A stretch of DNA of 64,000 nt from an uncultured Spirochaetota bacterium (GCA_963781885.1 CAWAHW010000006.1:224001-288000), one strand, 5' to 3'; positions 18,227 to 28,390 are shown, numbered from the stretch's first letter. Notes: a model not told the origin generated them from the letters alone. Translations and numbers: made by a program.

Positions 18227-19927
18227 TCACCCCCCTCGGAGCGCATCCACGCGCAGCTCCACCACCGCGCAGGGCATCTCGATGCCCCAGTTGGCAAGGC
18301 ACTGCGGATGGATCTCTCCCATGATGCCGATGCTCTTCCCTCCCACCATGATCTGCGCCGCCCGACCGGCGATGAACCGCACGTCGTCCGCGGGCACGAG
18401 CTTCGGCTCCACGGACAGGTAATAGAACAGCGCAAGGGCGTGCGCGTCCACCTCGTTGAAGCCAGCCTCGCGGTCGGCCACCAGGAATGCAAGCGCGTCC
18501 CAGGTGTGCGAGCCCTCATTTGCCGACGGGTCGCGCACAACGATCTTTCCCACCTCGAAGATGCGATGGGGGTAGACCGCGTGCGCCGAGGCAGCCTCCG
18601 AGGCGAGCAGGTTCGGGATGATGGAGTTGCGCACGACGTCGAAGCTCTCCGTCATGGGGTTGGCGATCTCCAGCACCTCCGTGCCGTCGATGCCCATCTT
18701 CTCCACGATGTCGCGTCGGGAGCCCAGGTAGCCGTAGATCATCTCCTGGTAGCCCAGGCCGACCATGATCTCCCGCACCTTTCGGCCGTACTCTTCTCCG
18801 GGCGACACGCGGCCGACGGTGAAATCCCGCGGCATGATCGGCGTAAAAGACTGCATGCCCCTGCCGATCATGATCTCTTCTATCGCATCCACCGGGTGGA
18901 TGAAGTCGTTCCTGTACGCGGGCGGGGTGACAACGAGGCGGCTTCCGTCGATGCGCACGCGGTTTCCCATTTTCCGGATGCAGGCGGCTGCCTGCTCGGG
19001 CGTGAACGCATCCCCGAGCTTCCTCTCCGCGTCGGCCACCTCCAGCGTCGTCTCTTTCTGGAAATAGTAGGGCGTGGAAATGGTGCGGCCGTAGCGCGTG
19101 TCGGTTTCGTATTCCACCGACACAGGCAGGATCGTGAATCCCATGTCGGCAAAATCGCAGGCGGCGATGGCGCAGGCGGTGAGAATGATGTCGAGGTCGG
19201 GACCCGTGAGGTCGATGAAGAGGCGGCGGTCCCCCGGCTTCACGCCGCCAATGCGCGCGGAGTTGATGACGGGCGGGAAGGTGAGGACCTCCCCCTTGTC
19301 GTCGGAGAGGAGCGGGAACCTCTTGTACCGGGAAACAATGTGGCCGTAATCCTTGCCCTTGGGATGCTGCGTGAGGATCTCCCGCAGGGAAAGGGATTTC
19401 GGGAAATCAAGCGGCACGAAACGGGTCGCATCGGGGTCCGCGGCGGTGTAGTGCACGGGCCACGTGATCAGGTCCGCGCGGGAGACGCCCATTGCGATCG
19501 TTGCGCGCTTCCTGCCGAAGTTGCCGCAGAGCTTCTCCTGGGACTGGATGATCTCACGCAGGAGCGCATCCGTGACTTCCTTGCCCTCAGCCACGAATGA
19601 GGCGATGGACGGGCGTATGCCGGCGAGCCCCGCATCAACGAGCACCCGGCGCTCCCCCGTCTCCTGCATGGCGCCGGCGCGCGAGAAAAAGGGATAGGAG
19701 GGCGTCTTGCCCGTGAGGTAGATGGAGAGCTGGCGCGCAAGCCCCAGCGTGGACCAAAGGTCGGGCCGATTGGTGTCGTTCAGCTCGACGCGCATGACAC
19801 CGCTGCCGGGCGTCCACTCGTCCAGCTCCGCTTTGGCAACGACCAGGAGCTCGTCCAGCTCGGGCTTGCTGTATTTCCTGCCCAAAGCCGCAAAGAACAG
19901 GTTTTCGTTCACGTCGATTTTCGGCAT
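18227..19927 (-). CDS. pheT: phenylalanine--tRNA ligase beta subunit (archaeal/eukaryotic type)
   Basis: About 566 aa; NDTNRPDL, QEKL...GRKR, FPPVINS, PAYRNDFIHPVD; lacks bacterial B2/B8 domains. Confidence 0.95.
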   Translation of the reverse strand: MPKIDVNENLFFAALGRKYSKPELDELLVVAKAELDEWTPGSGVMRVELNDTNRPDLWSTLGLARQLSIYLTGKTPSYPFFSRAGAMQETGERRVLVDAGLAGIRPSIASFVAEGKEVTDALLREIIQSQEKLCGNFGRKRATIAMGVSRADLITWPVHYTAADPDATRFVPLDFPKSLSLREILTQHPKGKDYGHIVSRYKRFPLLSDDKGEVLTFPPVINSARIGGVKPGDRRLFIDLTGPDLDIILTACAIAACDFADMGFTILPVSVEYETDTRYGRTISTPYYFQKETTLEVADAERKLGDAFTPEQAAACIRKMGNRVRIDGSRLVVTPPAYRNDFIHPVDAIEEIMIGRGMQSFTPIMPRDFTVGRVSPGEEYGRKVREIMVGLGYQEMIYGYLGSRRDIVEKMGIDGTEVLEIANPMTESFDVVRNSIIPNLLASEAASAHAVYPHRIFEVGKIVVRDPSANEGSHTWDALAFLVADREAGFNEVDAHALALFYYLSVEPKLVPADDVRFIAGRAAQIMVGGKSIGIMGEIHPQCLANWGIEMPCAVVELRVDALRGG

Positions 19928-19929
19928 GG

Positions 19930-21474
19930 CTACCTGCTCCTCCGGGCACGCACATCTTCTATTGAAGTGGTGAAGAGGTCGCGGATGTCCCGCACTCCCA
20001 TGGAGGACATGGCCATCCTGTCGATGCCCAGCCCCCATGCGAGCACGGGCACCTTGATTCCCAGGGGCTCGGTCACCTCGGGTCGGAAGATCCCGGAGCC
20101 TCCCAGCTCGAACCATCCCAGGCTGGGATGCTTGATGTGCACTTCCACGGACGGCTCCGTGAAGGGGAAGAAGCCCGGCACGTACTTCACTTCCTTTGCC
20201 ATGGCAACCTCTTCCGCGAACATCTTCAGGAGCCCCAGGAGCGTGCGAAGGTTCACCTCCTCTCCAAGCACGATGCCTTCCGTCTGGTAGAAATCGGCAA
20301 GATGCGTGGCATCCACCTGGTCGTAGCGGAAGCAGCGCACGACCCCGAAGTACTTTCCGGGAACGCGCGCGTGGGGAAGGGTCTTCGCGGAGAGGACCGT
20401 GCCCTGGCTGCGGAGGATCAGCCGGCGCGTGAAGTCGCGGTCGAACGTGTATTCCCAGCCGCGGCTGCCGGTCTTCCAGCCGTTCTCATGCGTGGCAGCC
20501 ACCTGGTCCAGCCACGGCTGCTCGATCTGCTTTGCATGCGTGGGGTCCTTGATGTAATAGACGTCGTGGATGTCGCGCGCGGCATGGAACTGGGGCATGA
20601 AAAGCGCATCCCCGTTCCAGAACTCGGTCTCCACCAGCGGGCCGTCGAACTCTTCGAAGCCCAGCGACGCGAGCTTGTTCTTCAGCATTTCCAGGAACGT
20701 GCAGTACGGGTTTCGCCTGCCCAGGAGCACGCGCGTCGGGGGCACGTCGATATTGTAGCGGCGGAACTGCGCCGTCTTCCAGGCTCCCGTCTTCAGCATT
20801 TCCACCGTCAGGGCGCCGGTTTCTTCACCGGTCGCGCCGGACAGGTGCAGCTTCGCGGCCGCGGCAACCCCGTCCGGAGTAAGGGCGTAGGTGACGTCTT
20901 CCCGCTCGACGAGACGGAACAGGCTTCCCGCTGCCCCGCGCTTCTTCGCCTGGGACGCGGCGAGCTCGCGGTCCGCGGCGCCAAGCGCGGCTTCATCCAG
21001 CGGCTCGGTCTGCGCCTTTGCAAGCAGGGCCTGGACGGCCATTTGCCGGAGGGCGAGTGCTTCCTTTCCGCCCGGGGCAACCGCGGCGCGCTTTTCCGCG
21101 TCCATCGCCAGCACTCTGTCCTTCGACAGGCCGCCGAAAGCCGAGCCGACGTCCTTCGCCTCGATGCCGAGTCGCTTTGAAATCTCGGGGAGCGGCAGCG
21201 GCCCCGCGGATTCAAGCAGGTCGAAGATGCGCTGCTCGAAGGTGCCCTTCTGCATGCATTCCCGGCCGAACTCGGTGATCTCATACAGCACGCGCGGGAC
21301 GCGCGCCGTCTCCGCCACGAAGCCCTTTGCCGCGAGCCAGCTCAGCGCCTGACCGGACTGGCCCGTGTTGTAGCCGAGGTCTGCCGCAAGCCGCGTGGTG
21401 CCCAGCGCATCGCCTGCCTGGTAATGCAGCAACACTTTGATCTCGAGGGGATGGAGCTCGCGGTCGGATGACAT
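19930..21474 (-). CDS. pheS: phenylalanine--tRNA ligase alpha subunit (archaeal/eukaryotic type)
   Basis: 514 aa with N-terminal winged-helix region; FWNGDALFMPQFHAARD, DATHLADFYQ, FPFTEPS, WGLGIDR. Confidence 0.96.
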   Translation of the reverse strand: MSSDRELHPLEIKVLLHYQAGDALGTTRLAADLGYNTGQSGQALSWLAAKGFVAETARVPRVLYEITEFGRECMQKGTFEQRIFDLLESAGPLPLPEISKRLGIEAKDVGSAFGGLSKDRVLAMDAEKRAAVAPGGKEALALRQMAVQALLAKAQTEPLDEAALGAADRELAASQAKKRGAAGSLFRLVEREDVTYALTPDGVAAAAKLHLSGATGEETGALTVEMLKTGAWKTAQFRRYNIDVPPTRVLLGRRNPYCTFLEMLKNKLASLGFEEFDGPLVETEFWNGDALFMPQFHAARDIHDVYYIKDPTHAKQIEQPWLDQVAATHENGWKTGSRGWEYTFDRDFTRRLILRSQGTVLSAKTLPHARVPGKYFGVVRCFRYDQVDATHLADFYQTEGIVLGEEVNLRTLLGLLKMFAEEVAMAKEVKYVPGFFPFTEPSVEVHIKHPSLGWFELGGSGIFRPEVTEPLGIKVPVLAWGLGIDRMAMSSMGVRDIRDLFTTSIEDVRARRSR

Positions 21475-21479
21475 GACGA

Positions 21480-22695
21480 TTACCTCTGGAGTTTTTCTGC
21501 GAGGGATCTCAGGAACAGCCCGACGTCCGTCACGATGCCGATGGTCTGGCCCGAGCCCCTGTCGGACAGTTTAGTCACGACCGCGGGGTTGATGTCAACG
21601 CAGATCGTCTTCGTCCACGCGGGGATCATGTTCCCCGTGGCAATGGAATGCAGCATCGTGGAGAGCATGATCACCATGCTGCAGCCCTTCACGAGCGCGC
21701 CGTAGGCGCGCTGCGCGGCGAGCATGTCCATCTCGGTGTCGGGCAGGGGGCCGTCGTCGCGCAGCGATCCGGCGAGCACGTAGGGGACGCCTGCCCGGAT
21801 GCACTCGTACATGATGCCGGTCTTCAACGCGCCCGCTTCCACGGCGGCCGGAAGCGAACCGTGTGCGAATATCGCGTTGATCGCCCGGATGTGGTTCCGG
21901 TGGCCTTCAAAGACGGGCCGCGCCGTCTCCAGCGCGATGCCCAGTGACGTGCCGAAAAGGGCGCTCTCCACGTCGTGGACGCCCAGCGCGTTGCCCGCAA
22001 GAAGCGCGGAGACGTAGCCGCCGCGGATGAGGGTCGCGAGTGCCGGGCCGCCACCGGTGTGGATGACCACGGGGCCGGCCACCACGGCCACCCTTCCACC
22101 GTCCCGCTTCTGCCGGGCAAGCTCGTCGGCAACCCGTGAGATCGCCACGTCGACGCTGCGCTCGGAGGAGACGTCGTTCGCCATGAAGCCGAACTCTTCG
22201 CTCTCCTGCTCCTTGAACGACGGGATGACGCGCACCGACCTGCTCGTGCAGACAATCGGGTCACCGGCCTTCACGCTGCGGATCGAGCCGGCAGACGAGG
22301 CTTCGGCCCTGCACGACGATCACGCCGTCCATGCGCATGTCGGCCACGTCCCGCCACGCGCCCTCCCGGTACACCTGCGTCCGCCGGTTGCTCGTCGCGT
22401 AGAAGTCGTCGGGCACGCACGAATCCCGGGGCGCGGGCCGGAGGATCGCTTCGCCCACCTCTTTTTCATAGCAGCCCTGGTTCACGAGCAGGCCGGTGAG
22501 GGCGGCGAGCTTCTCCCCGTCCGCGCAGCTCACCTCGATCTCCAGGCAGGAGGGATCGGTGCGCACCTTGCCCATGGAGAAGGCGATGACGCGGTAGTCG
22601 GCGCCGGCGTCGACGATCGCATTCAGCATGCGCGTGAGGATCCCGGAGTCGATGAGATGGCCTTCGGCCAGGAAGCGGCGGGCGACTGCGGGCAT
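21480..22695 (-). CDS. TIGR00300 / LOR-SDH family protein (ornithine cyclodeaminase-like; frameshift at about 22285)
   Basis: GHLIDSG, PDDFYATSN, MRMDG, FGFMANDVSSER, GPVVIHTGG, AGSLRDDGPLPDT, TDVGLF; one extra G splits the ORF. Confidence 0.88.
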
Positions 22696-22701
22696 GCGGA
22701 G

Positions 22702-23250
22702 CTAGAGGTGAAGCTCTTTGGAGAACTGGTCGATTGCCATGCGGGTGAAGGCGATCTTGTCGCGCGCGAGCTCCCTGCTCTTCTCGAAGTGGAACTTCTC
22801 CGTAAAGGACAGCTCGCGCGAGATGTACTGGAGGATCTCCTGCATGGTCTTCATGTTGTACCAGATGAAGGCGCCCACGGAGAGCCGCGCGAAGCCGACC
22901 GCCCCGATGGAGTCGAGCAGGTTGGCGTCGAAGAGCAGCTTTGCTTCCACCGAGCCGGGGTTGCCATTCGGCATGTGGTTCACGATCGCGTCGACCACGA
23001 TGGGGATCTTCTCCGGGATGAATCCCGTCTCATGGAGGATCGCTTCGGCCCGGTCCGCCGAGCTCTGCGGGTGTCCGACCGACATCTCGATGTCGTGCAG
23101 GAAACAGGCGGCGTGGAGGACCTCCTCGTCATGCTCGACGCCCTCCGCGATCTCGCGCGCGAGGTGGTAGACGCGGAAGGAATGCTCGTACCCCGACCCC
23201 AACCTGCCTGACGTCAGGTCCTTGGCATACTGTTGGATGAGCTTTCGCAT
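22702..23250 (-). CDS. HD-domain phosphohydrolase
   Basis: H-x-x-RV, LHDI, H, DANLLDSIGAVG. Confidence 0.88.
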   Translation of the reverse strand: MRKLIQQYAKDLTSGRLGSGYEHSFRVYHLAREIAEGVEHDEEVLHAACFLHDIEMSVGHPQSSADRAEAILHETGFIPEKIPIVVDAIVNHMPNGNPGSVEAKLLFDANLLDSIGAVGFARLSVGAFIWYNMKTMQEILQYISRELSFTEKFHFEKSRELARDKIAFTRMAIDQFSKELHL

Positions 23251-23256
23251 GGGCGA

Positions 23257-23285
23257 AGTCTAATCGAGTCGCTGGGCCTGCGCAA
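23257..23285 (-). promoter_or_regulatory. leaderless sigma70 promoter of the HD-pheST operon (TTGCGC-17-TAGACT-6-ATG)
   Basis: Hexamer spacing; no SD before ATG 23250. Confidence 0.6.
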
Positions 23286-23383
23286 GCCGAACGACGCATT
23301 CCGTCATGGCATTCCGGTTGTTCAAAAATTCTGGACGTTTATGATATTTTATATGGCAATTAGCCAATATAAACGAAAAATAT

Positions 23384-23412
23384 TTGACGTTTATTGATTT
23401 TCACAATATTAT
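23384..23412 (+). promoter_or_regulatory. leaderless sigma70 promoter of the Lrp gene (TTGACG-17-TATTAT-6-ATG)
   Basis: Near-consensus hexamers in an AT-rich intergenic region. Confidence 0.68.
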
Positions 23413-23418
23413 TTATGT

Positions 23419-23889
23419 ATGATCGACGCCACAGATATGAAACTTCTCGACATGCTGCAAAAGGACGGGAGGCTGTCCAATGCGGAAATGGCCGCCGCGG
23501 TTGGTCTGACTGTTTCCTCGGTCCACGAGCGCGTCAAGAAGATGGAGCGCAAGGGCATCATCAAGGGGTACGTCGCAATGGTGGATTCGGAGAAGCTTTC
23601 AAAACCGCTTCTCGCATTCATCAGGTTGACGGTGAACCCGGCGGAGCCGGGGACAGCGGCCATCGTGTCGCTCTGTCTGGCGGAGCCCGACATCCTGGAA
23701 TGTCACAATGTGGCCGGGGAGGACTGCCTGATCATCAAGGCGCGGGCGGAAAGCCCGAAGAAGCTCGAGACGCTTCTCTCCGCCATCAAGGCAAGCGTTC
23801 CGGCGACGCGCTCGGTCACCAGCATCGTGCTTTCAACGTACAAGGAATCATCACTCATTGTTCCCGCGGCTGTGGAAGAAGGAGACTGA
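23419..23889 (+). CDS. Lrp/AsnC family transcriptional regulator
   Basis: LQKDGRLSNAEMA...RVKKMERKGIIKGY; ECHNVAGEDC RAM domain. Confidence 0.95.
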   Translation: MIDATDMKLLDMLQKDGRLSNAEMAAAVGLTVSSVHERVKKMERKGIIKGYVAMVDSEKLSKPLLAFIRLTVNPAEPGTAAIVSLCLAEPDILECHNVAGEDCLIIKARAESPKKLETLLSAIKASVPATRSVTSIVLSTYKESSLIVPAAVEEGD

Positions 23890-23890
23890 C

Positions 23891-24172
23891 ATGAGCTCGC
23901 TTGACATATCGCTTTCGCTGAACGGCATCGAGCGCCGCGCGCGCGTCATCCCGTCGGAGACCCCCCTCCGCATCGTGCTGTGCGAAGGTGAAACCATGCG
24001 GCTGCCGCGTCGGCCGTCGGAGATCACGGTCCTGGCGGGCAAGGCCTGGATCAGCGAAGGCGGCAGGGACCTGCTGCTGGTTGCCGGCGGCTGCGTGCGC
24101 GTTGGAACCGCGGCAGATTGCCCCCTCATTTCCGCGGTGGGAAAAGAGGCGCTGCTCTTCCAGTCGATCTGA
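23891..24172 (+). CDS. small DUF2917-like (cupin-like) protein
   Basis: 93 aa; ITVLAGKAWISEGGRDLLL motif; AAGGAG SD, coupled to the Lrp stop. Confidence 0.6.
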   Translation: MSSLDISLSLNGIERRARVIPSETPLRIVLCEGETMRLPRRPSEITVLAGKAWISEGGRDLLLVAGGCVRVGTAADCPLISAVGKEALLFQSI

Positions 24173-24228
24173 AGCGGGGCTCCCCGACGCCGCGATAGCC
24201 GCCCGTCACCGCGGCACCACCAGCCGCC

Positions 24229-24744
24229 TCAGGAAAGCTGCAGGTCGTATCGCTCCTCGGTGCGCTCCTTGCCCCAGATGCTGCTTGTCTTTGTCTCGAC
24301 ACGCACGAAACCGCATCGGCAGTACAGCGTGGTGGCAATGGAAAGGGAGCCCTCGGTCCAGAGGGTGACGGTGGAATAGCCGTTTTCCCGGCAGAAGGCA
24401 AGCGCGTCGTTGACCAGAGCGCGGCCCAGGCCGCATCCCCTCAGATCGGAAAGGAGGAGCAGCCATCGCAGCTGGGCCGTCGTCTCGGCGGCCTTCATGA
24501 TGGCGATGCAGCCCCGCAGATCGCCGGCTTTTTCCACCAGCCACAGCCGTTCGCGGCTCGACGGCGGCCAGGCGTAGCCGGCGAATGTTTTCGCGACGTA
24601 ACCTTCAAAGTCGAGACTGTAGCCGTGTTCTGCTGCGTACAGGAGCCCGTGCAGCCTGATGATGGCGCCGATGTCGCCGGGCCGCTGGTCGAATCTCACC
24701 GTCGCCCCCGCGGCGGCGAGGGCACGCTTCAGTTCTTCGGTCAC
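24229..24744 (-). CDS. GNAT N-acetyltransferase
   Basis: PGDIGAIIRLHGLLYAAEHG, AQLRW, RGCGLG motif A; GTG with GAGGAG SD. Confidence 0.88.
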   Translation of the reverse strand: MTEELKRALAAAGATVRFDQRPGDIGAIIRLHGLLYAAEHGYSLDFEGYVAKTFAGYAWPPSSRERLWLVEKAGDLRGCIAIMKAAETTAQLRWLLLLSDLRGCGLGRALVNDALAFCRENGYSTVTLWTEGSLSIATTLYCRCGFVRVETKTSSIWGKERTEERYDLQLS

Positions 24745-24778
24745 CCCTCTTCTCCTCATCCATGATAGTATGCGTGTC

Positions 24779-25891
24779 ATGGAGATTTTTGAAGCCGTCA
24801 CCCGCGCCGACCGGCGACGATTCATCTTTTACCCCCGCAGCGCCTATGCCGCGGATCCGCGGTGGGCTCCCCCTCTCTGGATGGACGAGCGCGGCGCGTA
24901 TAGCGCGAAGAAAAATGCCATTCTCGCGCATTCCGACTACACGCTGCTCCTTGCGGAAGAGAACGGCCGGATCTGCGGCCGCAGCCTCGTGTACGTGGAC
25001 CGGGCCTTCAACGATTTCTACAAGACCCACACGGGCTTTTTCGGCGCATTCGAATGCGCGCAGGACGTCAATGTCGCGCGCGCGCTGGACGACGCCGCTG
25101 TCGGGTGGCTGCGCGCGCGCGGCATCGACCGGGTGCGCGGACCGATACACCCCGTGGCGGAAAGCTGGGGGTTCCTCCTGCGGGGATTCGAGAGCCCGCC
25201 CGTCTTCATGGCGCCCTACAACCCGCCCTGGTACAACGACTTCATCGAGCAGCTGGGCTACGCCAAGGTGAAGGACCTGCTTGCCTACGAGGCGAGCACC
25301 GACCGGGGGTACAGGATACCCGAGCGCTTCTCGCGCTTCAGCGAGAAGATGCTCGCTCCCGAGACGGGCCTCACCGTGCGGCCGCTCTCGATGAAGGACC
25401 TCGTGCGCGACGCCGACGCGATCTATGAGATCTCCAACGTGGCGCTCAGGGACAACTGGGGATACGTCCCGCTCAACCGCGGCGAGATGCAGGACATGTT
25501 CCGCCGGCTGAAGCCCATCGCCGATCCGCAGGCGATATGGTTCGTGGAGGACCGGGGCAGGCCCGTGGGATTCGCGCTCGGCTTCCCGGACCTCAATATC
25601 GTGCTGAAGAGAATCGGGGGAAGGATGCTGCCATTCGGCTTCATCGACCTTCTCCTGGGCATCCGCAAGGTGAAGGACTACCGGCTTTTCGGGCTTGCCG
25701 TCCTCCCTGAATATCACGGCAAGGGCCTGGACGTCCTGCTCTACATGGAGATATACCGCGCGCTTTCCCCGCGAATCCGCCGGCTGGAGGCAAACTACAT
25801 CCTGGAGGACAATGCGAACATCCGCAATGCGCTGGAGAAACTGTGCCTGGAGCTCGTGAAGGTCTACAGGATATACGAGAAGGCGATCTAG
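24779..25891 (+). CDS. tandem GNAT-fold acyltransferase (YghO-like)
   Basis: YP...WAPPL, GFFGAFEC, YNPPWY, NWGYVP, PEYHGKG, ILEDN. Confidence 0.82.
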   Translation: MEIFEAVTRADRRRFIFYPRSAYAADPRWAPPLWMDERGAYSAKKNAILAHSDYTLLLAEENGRICGRSLVYVDRAFNDFYKTHTGFFGAFECAQDVNVARALDDAAVGWLRARGIDRVRGPIHPVAESWGFLLRGFESPPVFMAPYNPPWYNDFIEQLGYAKVKDLLAYEASTDRGYRIPERFSRFSEKMLAPETGLTVRPLSMKDLVRDADAIYEISNVALRDNWGYVPLNRGEMQDMFRRLKPIADPQAIWFVEDRGRPVGFALGFPDLNIVLKRIGGRMLPFGFIDLLLGIRKVKDYRLFGLAVLPEYHGKGLDVLLYMEIYRALSPRIRRLEANYILEDNANIRNALEKLCLELVKVYRIYEKAI

Positions 25892-26512
25892 TTCATCGAA
25901 GGCTTGAAGCCCGTCTGGAGAATGATCTGGTAGAGGGGCCCCTTGCGCGCAAACGCATCGGCCCAGGCGCCCGCCGCGTCGCGGGTGAACACGATCTCCC
26001 GTTTCGCGGGTATCACCACCCAGGTCTCGGCCTTGAGCTCCCCTTCCACCTGCCCGGGGCCCCAGCCGGAATCAGCCGGCGTAGACGCGCACCTCGGGAC
26101 GCTCATCCTCGGGCATGCTGCCCCAGTCGTCCCGAAGATAATCCACGAGCATCCGCGTCGCGGGCTCTGAGAACACTCCCTCGATCGGCTCGTCCGGCTG
26201 CCCCTGCGGACCGTCGGAGGGAAGGGCGGAATGCAGCACGAAGAGCACCTCCTGCTGCACGGGGCCGCCCACGAAGACGGGGATGGAGGCCGCGGCCGTT
26301 CCGTCCAGCCCATCGATCAGGTCTCCCAGCGTGAAGGGGGAAGGACGATTAACGACAAGGCCGAAGGCGCCCTTGTCGTCGTGCGTGATCATGAGCACGA
26401 CCGTATTCCTGAAGTTGGGGTCTCCCAGCTCGATCTCCGAGACGAGGAAGCAGCCGGTCAGCCTTTCCGGGTCGCCCGTGGGGTGTGTGTCGGCCTCGCT
26501 CCCGCCGCTCAT
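25888..26512 (-). CDS. YqgE/AlgH (DUF179) family protein (frameshift at about 26073)
   Basis: DPNFRNTVVL, GAFGLVVNRP, GGPV; removing one G restores GYSGWGPGQVEGE; C-terminal PSMN. Confidence 0.9.
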
Positions 26513-26564
26513 TGAGTGAAATCTACAGCAGGGTCGCGTGCATGACAACTGCGCCGCGCCGGTC

Positions 26565-27991
26565 TCATGCCCGCATCCGCCTGAGGATGTCCCACCATGC
26601 TCCGCGGGCGCCGTCTGCGATAGCCTTCACGAGCGCCTTGTTGTCGTTGTAGTTGGAAGTGTCTGCCCGGCCGTCATCCGGTGCGCGGGCAGGAAGAAGC
26701 GCGTGTCATCCCCGACGAGCTTCTTCAAGAGGGCCTCGGGGCGGGGGCCGAGCGCAGGGGCAACGAAGAAAATCGGGCGGAGGAATCCGTCGTTGTCCAG
26801 GCGCGCGCCGCGCAGCGCGGGGTTTGCCTCCAGGGGCCCCATGCCGCGCACCTGGTCGGCGATCGCGGTGCCCTCGAAGACGCGCACGCCCAGCGAGACG
26901 CCGATGCAGTCCGGACCCGCACGTCGCACCACCTCCAGGGATTCCTGCACCGTCTCCGGCGTCTCCCCGGGACCGCCCACAAGCAGATCGTACATGAAGG
27001 GGATGCCAGCCTCCCGGCAGACCCGGGCCGTTTCTTCGACGTCGGCGGGCGTGAAATGCCTTCCGAGCCTCCGCAGCATCTCGGCGCTGCCGCTGTCGGC
27101 GCCGAAGTCGATGCCGACGCAGCCCGCGCGGCGCATGAGACCCGCGGTCTCCGCGTCGAAGGGCACCACCGAGCAATAGGCGTACCAGCGGATTGCATCG
27201 CCCAGGCCCGCGTCGATGATGGCGCGGCAGACCTCCTGGGCGTGGAGGAGCGGGATGTTGAACTCGCAGTCGCAGGTGTGCAGGACGTCGATGCCCTGGC
27301 CGCGCAAGGCCTGCAGCTCCTCCACGACCCGGCGCGGCGACAGGAGCCGGCTGCGCTTTCCCTTGGACACGGGGTCGGCGCAGTAGATGCACGTCATGGG
27401 GCATCCGCGCTTCGTCTCGAAGCCGGCCTGGCCGCCGCGCGCGAAGTACCACCCGTTGTCCACGAAGGACCGGGTGCGCGGCGGCAGCCGGTCGAGCACC
27501 ACGTCGACGGGTCGGTTGCGCTGCAGCCCGCCTTCATCCCAGAACACGAGACCCGGCACCTGCTCGAGCTCCGCCGCGCCGCCCATCGCCGCCAGGAGCT
27601 GGACGAAAGCCTCCTCACCTTCGCCGGCGATGCCGAAATCCGCGCCGCAGTATTCCACGATGCCCTCCGGCATGAGGGACAGCCCGACGCCGCCGAGTGA
27701 AATCGGCGCTTCCGAGCGGTCGCGGAGCTCGTGGACGATTTCCCGGATGCCGGGGAGGAAGGAGGAGCCACCCGCGAGAAAGCAGTCGTCGGTGTTCCGG
27801 ACCGTGCAGCCGATGATGTCGGGCATGGCGGCGCAGGCTTTGTCGATGTCGCTGTCGCGATTCTCCGAGATGCAAAGGTCGAGGAGGGATGCGTCGTGCC
27901 CCGCAGCGAGAATGCTCCCCGCCAGGTAGTCCAGGCCGATCGGGGCGACGGGAGGCTGCATGCGGTTGGTATTGACCAGGAGCACTTTCAT
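26565..27991 (-). CDS. B12-binding radical SAM methyltransferase, TsrM-like (frameshift at about 26683)
   Basis: NTNRMQPPVAP, VRNTD, ETKRGCPMTCIYC (CxxxCxxC), DCEFN; the C-terminus NYNDN...GARGAWWDILR lies in a shifted frame; alternative in-frame start 28072. Confidence 0.88.
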
Positions 27992-28067
27992 GCAAACGGA
28001 TCGTGAACCACGTGCAGGTGCCCTGTCAATGCGGCTTCGCGTGCGCCGTGGCGCCGCGGCCGGGAGC

Positions 28068-28298
28068 TCCATGGCGGGCCTCCTTTCGGCGGCTCTCGCC
28101 GCGCAAGCGCGCCCAAATGTCGCCAGGAGCGACAGGGCTGCCGCCCTCCGCACGGGGTACCGTGCTACGCGTCCATGGCGGGCCTCCTTTCGGCGGCTCT
28201 CGCCGCGCAAGCGCGCCCAAATGTCGCCAGGAGCGACAGGGCTGCCGCCCTCCGCACGGGGTACCGTGCTACGCGTCCATGGCGGGCCTCCTTTCGGC
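28068..28298. repeat. perfect 104-bp tandem repeat (about 2.2 copies)
   Basis: Identical units start at 28068 and 28172, with a partial third at 28276; internal hairpins TGTCGC-CAGGA-GCGACA and GCACGG-GGTA-CCGTGC. Confidence 0.95.
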
Positions 28299-28390
28299 CA
28301 TCCGTGGCCTCGTCGGCCCTCGCCTTCCATGGCTATGCCTTGACCCCCGGCGGCATTCGCCTTACTGTGCCTCCACAAGGAGCATCGCCC

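Noticed and set aside
28068-28298. CRISPR array (23-nt segment occurring three times)
   Set aside because: The two intervening 81-nt segments are identical and no cas genes are present, so this is a tandem duplication.
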